Assembly (NCBI GenBank): GCA_964402565.1
Contig: CAYOCJ010000002.1
Location: forward strand, 234,982 to 298,981
Source: an uncultured Gammaproteobacteria bacterium
GTDB lineage: Bacteria; Patescibacteriota; Patescibacteriia; UBA1558; 2-01-FULL-52-15
Direction: 5' to 3'
Length of the DNA stretch: 64,000 nucleotides
In this document: positions 30,560 to 37,375 of the stretch, piece by piece
How the letters are laid out: every line of letters starts with the position of its first letter
Position numbering within the stretch: the first letter of the stretch is position 1
Position numbers and translations under genes: made by a program
The notes under the pieces: model-generated
Seen by the model: the letters and a program-made list of their open reading frames with translations, nothing else
Told to the model about the DNA's origin: nothing
Database searches by the model: none

Positions 30560-31669
30560 ATGAAATTAGGACCGTACATCACACAAGATAACAAGATTGC
30601 ATATCGAGGAAACAAAGTACGCAAAGGTCTTTCAGAAGTACGGAATATAAAACCGCGGGGTCTTGAAAAGCGTCACATTGAACTGAAGCATGATGCGCGT
30701 TACTGGCCGGCGGCCATGAAAATCTGGGACGGAACGTATCAGTCGGTTAACGAGTTTATGAAATCGGACAAAGCCCTTTTGTTTGATCTTCCGGTTACTA
30801 CCAGGATGATCTCATCGCCGGGTGCTCTGACCGGAACCATTCCTTCTGATGTGCATCCCTTCCGGATAAAGATGTTTGGCAAGGAGGTATTTCTTACCCA
30901 GTCCTCACAGTTTTATCTTGAATTTGCGATAACCAATCCCGCCGTTAAGAAGACATACTGCTGGGAAAAGAGTTTCCGGCGCGAGCGGGCTGATTTTCGT
31001 CACCTGCCGGAATTTCATCATATCGAATATGAGGCACGCGGTAATCTGAAAAGCATTATCGATACCCAGACGCGGTTTATACAGTATTTGATCGCGTATT
31101 TACTGAAGCATCATCGCCGCGATCTCTCGGTATTCCTTGATGCAGCGGAAATCAGAAACCTGCAAAAACTGTCGCAGCTTAAGAAGTTTGAACAGATTAC
31201 CTTTGAAGACGCGTTCGCCAAATTGTATGAGGCTACCGGGCTGCTGCGATACCGGAAGCCATCAATTAAGCACTTTACTGCGTATGAGGAAATTCTGCTG
31301 ACAGAGATTATCGGAAAACCGGTATTTGTAACGCACTATATCAGCGATGAAGTTGCGTTCTATCATCAGAATGATCCACGCAATAAAAAGCTGGTATTGA
31401 ATGCAGATTTTCTGTATCCTGGGTACGGAGAGCTGATCGGGAGCGGCGAGCGTATACATACGCGGGATCAGATACGAAAGAAAGCACGGCACTTTGAGCT
31501 GAACATGAAGGATTATAAGCCGTATATCGAATCAAGATCAGTCTCAGGAGTGACTGTGCACAGTGGCTTTGGCATGGGGATGGAGCGATTCGTACAGGCG
31601 GTCCTTCACCTGCCATTTATATGGGACGCCAAGCCCTTTGCACGAGTTGATGGATTTAATTATCCGTAA
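30560..31669 (+). CDS. AsnRS-like class IIb synthetase paralog, catalytic domain only (no anticodon-binding OB fold)
   Basis: LTQSSQFYLE, motif 2 SFRRE...RHLPEF, YGELIGSGER, motif 3 HSGFGMGMERFV. Only ~50 aa precede the catalytic core. TGGTATAAT extended -10 just upstream. Confidence 0.88.
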   Translation: MKLGPYITQDNKIAYRGNKVRKGLSEVRNIKPRGLEKRHIELKHDARYWPAAMKIWDGTYQSVNEFMKSDKALLFDLPVTTRMISSPGALTGTIPSDVHPFRIKMFGKEVFLTQSSQFYLEFAITNPAVKKTYCWEKSFRRERADFRHLPEFHHIEYEARGNLKSIIDTQTRFIQYLIAYLLKHHRRDLSVFLDAAEIRNLQKLSQLKKFEQITFEDAFAKLYEATGLLRYRKPSIKHFTAYEEILLTEIIGKPVFVTHYISDEVAFYHQNDPRNKKLVLNADFLYPGYGELIGSGERIHTRDQIRKKARHFELNMKDYKPYIESRSVSGVTVHSGFGMGMERFVQAVLHLPFIWDAKPFARVDGFNYP

Positions 31670-31673
31670 ATAT

Positions 31674-32714
31674 ATGTTTAAGAAACTAAATAAACCACCA
31701 CGACTGAAGGAGGGCGATACCATTGGTCTTATCAGTCCTTCGGCGCCCCTGGCCGGTCTAGTCCCGCACCGGACGGATCGTGCTGTGGCTATGCTGGGAG
31801 GGTTGGGATTTAACGTTCTTGTGGCGAAAAACAGTAAAAAGATTACTGACTATACTGCTGCATCACCGGAAGAACGTGCAGAGGATATTCATGAGATGTT
31901 TTCAAATGACGATGTAAAGGCAGTCATCTGCTTTATAGGCGGGGATCACAGTAATCAGATTCTGCCTCATATCGATTTTGATTTGATCAGAAAGAATCCG
32001 AAAATATTTATCGGGTACTCAGATCCGACGGTTCTGCATTTTGCATTTCTTACTGCCGGTAAGATGGTTAGCTTCTATGGTCCGTCGGCTTTGGTTCAGT
32101 TTGCTGAGAATCCAAAAGTGCTTCCATATACACTGGAATACTTCAAAAAAGCAGTTATGAGCACGGATCCGGTTGGCCCTGTTATGCCATCGGAGCAGTG
32201 GACGGACGAAGTGCTAGACTGGTTTGAAAAAAAGGATCTTGAGCGACCACGCAAGATGAACAGCAACCCAGGGTGGAAGTGGATTCAGTCCGGTAAAGCA
32301 GAGGGGCCGATTATCGGTGGCTGTCTTTCATCGGCCATGCATCTTAAAGGAACAAAGTACTGGCCGGAACTGCAGGGATCAGTTTTCTTCTTCGAAACCT
32401 CTGAGCGGAGCAGTGATTTTACTAAGGGGCAGGAGATGGCTGATATAGATGCTGATCTCGCAGATCTTAAGAATATGGGAGTATTTGAAAAAATCAGCGG
32501 TTTGATTGTTGGTCGTCCCTTTGGGCTCGGCAATGAGGAGTGTGAAAAGTTTATGGAGCTGATTACGTCGTACACGAAACCTTATTCATTCCCTGTTCTT
32601 ACGGGTGTTGATGTTGGCCATACCGATCCGATGATTACCGTACCGCTCGGAACGAACGTTTCGCTGGATTCAGAAAAAAATGAATTTAGCTTTAATGAGT
32701 CCGGCGTCAGATGA
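31674..32714 (+). CDS. S66 peptidase, MccF (microcin C self-immunity) type
   Basis: GDTIGLISPSAP, IGGDHSN, GYSD (Ser), FFETSE (Glu), DVGHTDP (His); loop QWTDEVLDW. Start set at ATG 31674, 4 nt after the upstream stop. Confidence 0.92.
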   Translation: MFKKLNKPPRLKEGDTIGLISPSAPLAGLVPHRTDRAVAMLGGLGFNVLVAKNSKKITDYTAASPEERAEDIHEMFSNDDVKAVICFIGGDHSNQILPHIDFDLIRKNPKIFIGYSDPTVLHFAFLTAGKMVSFYGPSALVQFAENPKVLPYTLEYFKKAVMSTDPVGPVMPSEQWTDEVLDWFEKKDLERPRKMNSNPGWKWIQSGKAEGPIIGGCLSSAMHLKGTKYWPELQGSVFFFETSERSSDFTKGQEMADIDADLADLKNMGVFEKISGLIVGRPFGLGNEECEKFMELITSYTKPYSFPVLTGVDVGHTDPMITVPLGTNVSLDSEKNEFSFNESGVR

Positions 32715-33079
32715 AAAAAGAAGAAAACGAGGCAGTAACCGGCACACATGTTATCGGTGAGGTCTACACCGGGGATGTTTCAACGCTGAATGGACTTTCT
32801 GATATAGAGAATAAAATACTGAATATTGTGAAGAAGAATAAGCTTCAGAGCCTTCATTCTTTTTTTTATCTTTTTCCTGAAGGAGGATTTACGGGCATGA
32901 TATCACTGGTTGAGTCTCATATATCGCTGCACACATGGCCTGAATATAAGTATCTCACGCTGGATGTTTATCTCTGTGACTACTCACGTGATAACTCCAA
33001 GACAGCGGAAGTGGTATTTGCTGAGATTGCTGAACTCTTCAGCCCGTCGCGTATAACAAAGCAGGTAATGAAACGGTAA
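32711..33079 (+). CDS. speD: Pyruvoyl-dependent S-adenosylmethionine decarboxylase proenzyme (class 1)
   Basis: GTHVIGE, self-cleavage site LVE|SHISLHTWPE, LDVYLC; ATGA overlap with the S66 gene. Confidence 0.92.
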   Translation: MKKEENEAVTGTHVIGEVYTGDVSTLNGLSDIENKILNIVKKNKLQSLHSFFYLFPEGGFTGMISLVESHISLHTWPEYKYLTLDVYLCDYSRDNSKTAEVVFAEIAELFSPSRITKQVMKR

Positions 33080-33080
33080 T

Positions 33081-33884
33081 ATGTCAGTATCAAAGAAGGA
33101 TATAGAACAACTGTCATATGTCGAGCTCATGGCTTTTCTGGATGAGGTAAACCGTCCGCCCGGGGGTAAGGACTCAGTGAGGCGCGTTGTGCAAAATACC
33201 TTTCTCACACCATCATCCAAAGCTCTCGACGTTGGTTGTAATACCGGATATGTTACTTTTGAAATCGCACATCTTGTTGGTTGTAAGGTTACCGGGCTAG
33301 ATATCGACTCATCAATGATAAAGACTGCGGAGAAAAACCGAAAGAAGGACACGCATGCACAATTAATCAGTTTCAGAAAAGGCGATGCAATGCGGCTGCC
33401 GTTTAAGACCCGTACATTCGATTTGGTTATGTCAGGAGGATCGACTGCCTTTGTCGATGATAAAATAAATGCTATTAAGGAATATAAAAGGGTAACAAAG
33501 CAGTGGGGTTTTGTAGCAGACGTGAATTTTTTCTATCACACAAAACCGCCGGCAATACTTTTGAAAAAATTGAATGCGTTACTGGACATTAACATCCAGC
33601 CCTGGGACAAGTCGTACTGGCTGAAGATATATGAAGGAGCAGACCTAGAGCCGTATTATGAATACGAGGGTAAGATGAGCAAGGTATCGAATAGACAGGT
33701 GAGCGAATACTGCGATGCGATGATCAGGCACAGAAAGCTTAATCCGGCAGTAAAGAAGATAATGTACGCACGCTTATCCGAAGCTATGACGTTGTTTAAC
33801 GAAAATCATAAGTATCTTGCTTATGGTGTCTTTGTGTACAGAAACAGACCTGAGAAAGAGCAGGTTTCTTTATTTGGTGCATAA
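33081..33884 (+). CDS. Class I SAM-dependent transferase (methyl- or aminopropyl-transferase)
   Basis: RPPGG, LDVGCNTG motif I, GLDID, GDAMRLPF...FDLV; starts 1 nt after the speD stop. Confidence 0.88.
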   Translation: MSVSKKDIEQLSYVELMAFLDEVNRPPGGKDSVRRVVQNTFLTPSSKALDVGCNTGYVTFEIAHLVGCKVTGLDIDSSMIKTAEKNRKKDTHAQLISFRKGDAMRLPFKTRTFDLVMSGGSTAFVDDKINAIKEYKRVTKQWGFVADVNFFYHTKPPAILLKKLNALLDINIQPWDKSYWLKIYEGADLEPYYEYEGKMSKVSNRQVSEYCDAMIRHRKLNPAVKKIMYARLSEAMTLFNENHKYLAYGVFVYRNRPEKEQVSLFGA

Positions 33885-33889
33885 AATGA

Positions 33890-33916
33890 AGAGAGGTTCC
33901 GTTTTGGAACCTCTCT
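33890..33916. terminator. Hairpin between the convergent transferase and AspRS-like genes
   Basis: AGAGAGGTTCC-GTTTT-GGAACCTCTCT. Confidence 0.65.
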
Positions 33917-35213
33917 AGAGAAGGTCGCTGCGCGCGTCTCTGGGGAACAGGATCGTCTCCCTGATATGCGGCAGACCGAGAATGAGTTGTATCAGACGCT
34001 CGATGCCAATGCCTACGCCGGACATTGGCGGCAGCGCATGGCGCACCGCGTTAATGTAGAGAGGGAAGTTGCCAGGGTCCAGTCCGCGTAACTGCATCCT
34101 CGTGAGTAATTCAGTCAGGTCGGTGACGCGTTCGGCGCCGTCGGCGATGTCGGTTACCCGCGGGTGCCACAGCTGAAAGTCGAAGCAGGTCAGCCTGCCA
34201 CCGACGTCTCTGGCTCGTGAGTAGAAGGCTTTTGATTCCGCGGCTTGGTCGATGATCCAGAAGAAGGAACCGAAGCGTTTCCTGATTGCTAAGAGAGCGT
34301 TTTTAGGCACGGTTGAGGTTGAACCCCATTCCAGATCTACGCCCCCACTGTTCAGATAGGAGACCAGATCGCTGTATGTGATTACCTCGAAGTTTCTCAG
34401 GTCATCAAAGCTTACTTCCAGTAGCGCCAGTTCATCAGCGCATGAGCCGGATACTTCATCCAGGATGCAGTTGATCATCAAGTTGATCATACGGATCATG
34501 TCATCACGGTCCGCGTACGCGGAGGTGATATCCAGTACCGTGAACTCGCTTAGGTGAATGCTGGTATGTGACTTGGTCGCCCGGAAGCACGACCCGATCT
34601 CGTACACCCGGTCCAGGTTGCCGCCGAGAACTGCCATGTGGTACAGCATGTTGCTGAGCGACAGGTAGGCCTTTCGGCCAAAGTAGTCGACCGGAAATGC
34701 TTCTACCGGGCCCTCAACGGATTCACCCACGATGCTTGGTGAGGAAACCTCAACGAATCGCTGAGTGGTAAGAAAGTCCCGGATCGCTTTGAGCACCGCG
34801 CTCTTTACCCGGAAGATTGCAGTCACCCGGGGGTTTCTGAGATCCAGGTGCCTGTTCTGCAGGCGAAGCACGCGTGCAGTCGTGGAGTCGATGCTCGGGG
34901 GCGTTTCATCCGGTTCGGTCAGCACCTCGATACCGGCAAGGCCGAGTTCATATCCGAGAATACCGGATTTTACGATCTTATTGGAGCGGAATATTCCGTC
35001 TGCGACGATCACTGACCCTTTTTGAGGAACAGCCATGGCTGGGCTGTCGATGACACACTGGATGCATCCTGCGGGTGTCACCAGATTCAGAAACGTAAGG
35101 CTCTTTCCTGCTTTTCTGATCTGCTGAACCCGGCCGGTAAACCGGACGTGCTTGTCGGCAAATTGAGGCGGATTCAGGAAACACCGCCTCATCTCTTCTA
35201 TGAGACTGATCAC
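33915..35213 (-). CDS. Divergent full-length AspRS/AsnRS-family synthetase paralog
   Basis: OB-fold GRVQQIRK...TFL, RLQNRHLDLR, FRAT...HLSEF, DGAERV, PPMSGVGIGIERL, ILFPRD. The pocket motif reads LSNMLYHM instead of QSPQLYKQ. SD AAGGAG, GTG start. Confidence 0.88.
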   Translation of the reverse strand: MISLIEEMRRCFLNPPQFADKHVRFTGRVQQIRKAGKSLTFLNLVTPAGCIQCVIDSPAMAVPQKGSVIVADGIFRSNKIVKSGILGYELGLAGIEVLTEPDETPPSIDSTTARVLRLQNRHLDLRNPRVTAIFRVKSAVLKAIRDFLTTQRFVEVSSPSIVGESVEGPVEAFPVDYFGRKAYLSLSNMLYHMAVLGGNLDRVYEIGSCFRATKSHTSIHLSEFTVLDITSAYADRDDMIRMINLMINCILDEVSGSCADELALLEVSFDDLRNFEVITYSDLVSYLNSGGVDLEWGSTSTVPKNALLAIRKRFGSFFWIIDQAAESKAFYSRARDVGGRLTCFDFQLWHPRVTDIADGAERVTDLTELLTRMQLRGLDPGNFPLYINAVRHALPPMSGVGIGIERLIQLILGLPHIRETILFPRDARSDLL

Positions 35214-35255
35214 GGCGTTTCTCCTTGTGAAGGTACGGGGTTATTGGAACTTTGT

Positions 35256-35312
35256 AATTTATGAAATTTTAGCACTTATGTCAATGATCGTATGAGCCGT
35301 CGCGACGGCTCA
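35256..35312 (-). promoter_or_regulatory. Perfect 20-bp palindrome plus promoter of the right AspRS-like gene
   Basis: TGAGCCGTCGCGACGGCTCA (35293-35312) lies 8 nt upstream of minus-strand TTGACA-17-TAAATT (35284-35256). Confidence 0.7.
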
Positions 35313-35644
35313 CCTCGGGTATGTTAAGCGCAGCAAAAATTATCCTACCACTTTTTTGGCGCTACAGATCGTACTATTCTGTCTTGTTGATTGCGGCTTA
35401 AAATGATGCGCTTGTAGTGAGGCGCTGGAAGATTAATCGTGAAGGTAAAGGGTATGAGCTTTTCGGATTCATATCGTGCTGCGTCCTGACCATCCCAAGA
35501 GAAAATGACATAGATTTGGCTAGATAACGAGTGCTAGTGTACGAGCCAAAGTAGCTTTTGTCAAACGTTTGACATGCGGCTCAGGCTAATGCTAGGTTGT
35601 GCATACCAGTCCTTTAACCCAAACCGAGTGAACAAGGAGGCTTT

Positions 35645-36061
35645 ATGCGCCAGCAAGAGCAGTTGCTCGAAGCAGCGGCGCATAAGTGCCGCAGTTTAAT
35701 GAGCGAGATCGCTGATACGATCATCGAGATCGAAACACAGCGGGCGAAAGCCGGCGTGACCATGGCCGATATGAGGCGGCCTATGCATGATCGAAGCGAG
35801 GCGCTTCTCGAATTCTCTGAGTGCGAAGAGGCTATCGCCATGCTGCAGCGTTTTCACAGTGAATCCGTCGTTGCATCTGAAGTGCTGTTTCGCGGCTCAG
35901 CAGTCGCATTCGTCACCTTCATCGAGGATTTCGAAGAAGCGATACAAGAACGTCAGGAGCGCTATCTGCGCCTGGGATTTCGGTCCACTGACCGGTTCAA
36001 CCGTTTTCTCTCCCTGCTGCGCTCTGCCAGCGTCATCGCTGATCCGAAAGAGCGAAACTGA
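35645..36061 (+). CDS. Hypothetical helical protein (standalone cassette)
   Basis: SD AAGGAGG, upstream TTGACA promoter, downstream hairpin at ~36070-36098. Confidence 0.7.
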   Translation: MRQQEQLLEAAAHKCRSLMSEIADTIIEIETQRAKAGVTMADMRRPMHDRSEALLEFSECEEAIAMLQRFHSESVVASEVLFRGSAVAFVTFIEDFEEAIQERQERYLRLGFRSTDRFNRFLSLLRSASVIADPKERN

Positions 36062-36155
36062 TTTCACTCGAAGCCCCTGTCGTCTGACGGGGGTTTTCGT
36101 TTGTGAGAGGATTTTTTTTAAGGTATACTAGCCCCATTACTATTGAGAAAAATTC

Positions 36156-36737
36156 ATGAAATTATTTACTGACATCAGCAAGGAACTGAAAGAGTATGAG
36201 AAAGCGCGTGAATCCGTGATCCGCGTTTCACGAGAGTATCTCACTGCTTCGAAAAGCATCATTTTCCTTTGTCATGAGAATAAACTTGATGAAGCTCTGC
36301 GGCAGCTTTCATTGCTCACGAAAAATATGATAGCCAGTGAGCGCGACTTGAAAAAGGCTTTACTCAAAGCGCAAAAAACTTTTTCACTGTATGAAGAAGG
36401 TTCATGGAATTCAGCAGTCGAAGAATATCTCGAGGCCTGGTTTTTCTGTCAGTTTTTGAAAATTGGTAAACTTGCGGCACCAAAAATCAATCCTCCGGCT
36501 CATATCTATATCGGCGCACTTTCTGATTTTACCGGAGAAGTCGTGCGTCGTGCAGTTCTGAAAGGCGCGGATAAGGATGTGAAGACGCTTGAAAAGTATC
36601 GCAAGGTCATTGCGGAAGTTGTTGCATTCATGATGCCTTTGTATCTCACAGGACAGAATAGACAGAAATTCGATCAGGCGAAAAGAAACCTCAAGTCAGT
36701 GGAGGAAATTTTGTACGAGGTAAAGATACGGATGTAG
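36156..36737 (+). CDS. Translin/TRAX (C3PO-like) family protein
   Basis: RESVIRVSRE...SKSIIF..H, EEYLEA, YIGALSDFTGEVVRRA. Confidence 0.85.
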   Translation: MKLFTDISKELKEYEKARESVIRVSREYLTASKSIIFLCHENKLDEALRQLSLLTKNMIASERDLKKALLKAQKTFSLYEEGSWNSAVEEYLEAWFFCQFLKIGKLAAPKINPPAHIYIGALSDFTGEVVRRAVLKGADKDVKTLEKYRKVIAEVVAFMMPLYLTGQNRQKFDQAKRNLKSVEEILYEVKIRM

Positions 36738-36748
36738 TTTTAATAACA

Positions 36749-36782
36749 AAAAAGGCCGCTCTCTGTATAGAGAGCGGCCTTT
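36749..36782. terminator. Bidirectional terminator
   Basis: AAAGGCCGCTCTCT-GTAT-AGAGAGCGGCCTTT. Confidence 0.75.
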
Positions 36783-36804
36783 GCGGGCTCATCAGCCAAT
36801 GCAA

Positions 36805-37251
36805 CTACGAAGCAAAGCTAGCATCTGTTCTTTTTTTTGAAAACAAGCGATTCGCTGTACGCTGGATCGTTGCGAGCCAGAGGATTGCCGCCCCTAGTAA
36901 GGGCACATTGACGTCAATGAACAACCGCAGCTCTGTGTAATCTTTTGGGCGCATGATCGTGTCGATGAGCGAGGTGTACCATTGCAGTCGCATGTACGAC
37001 AGACAGAATCCGCCGAACATCAGGCAGAAACCGAAAATAATGAGGCGCGTCTGCCACCTTCTAAAAGCGGTTCCATTTCGGAAGATCCCGAAATCAGTTG
37101 TGGATCCGTACATGAACAGGTCGGATCCGATGACCCACAGAAACGGCGACCAATCACTGTCGATCGCGCGCACGCCGAGCGGAAATACAAAAAACATCGT
37201 GAGTGCTGCGGTGATCGCAAGAGCCTTGATGATTTTCTCCCGAGTCCACAT
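36805..37251 (-). CDS. Hypothetical membrane protein
   Basis: Four hydrophobic segments; SD AGGAG before ATG 37251. Confidence 0.65.
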   Translation of the reverse strand: MWTREKIIKALAITAALTMFFVFPLGVRAIDSDWSPFLWVIGSDLFMYGSTTDFGIFRNGTAFRRWQTRLIIFGFCLMFGGFCLSYMRLQWYTSLIDTIMRPKDYTELRLFIDVNVPLLGAAILWLATIQRTANRLFSKKRTDASFAS

Positions 37252-37375
37252 GACACGTCTCCTATGTTGTAGCCATTTGGCTGATAATGTAAATGTACCT
37301 AAGGGCACCCTAGAGTATTTTAAGTTTTCGTGCAACTGATATTCATTTTGAAACTCATTCAATCTATGCTAAGCT

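Noticed and set aside
33886-33918. Mini-ORF MKRGSVLEPL after the transferase
   Set aside because: It coincides with the terminator hairpin and has no other coding support.
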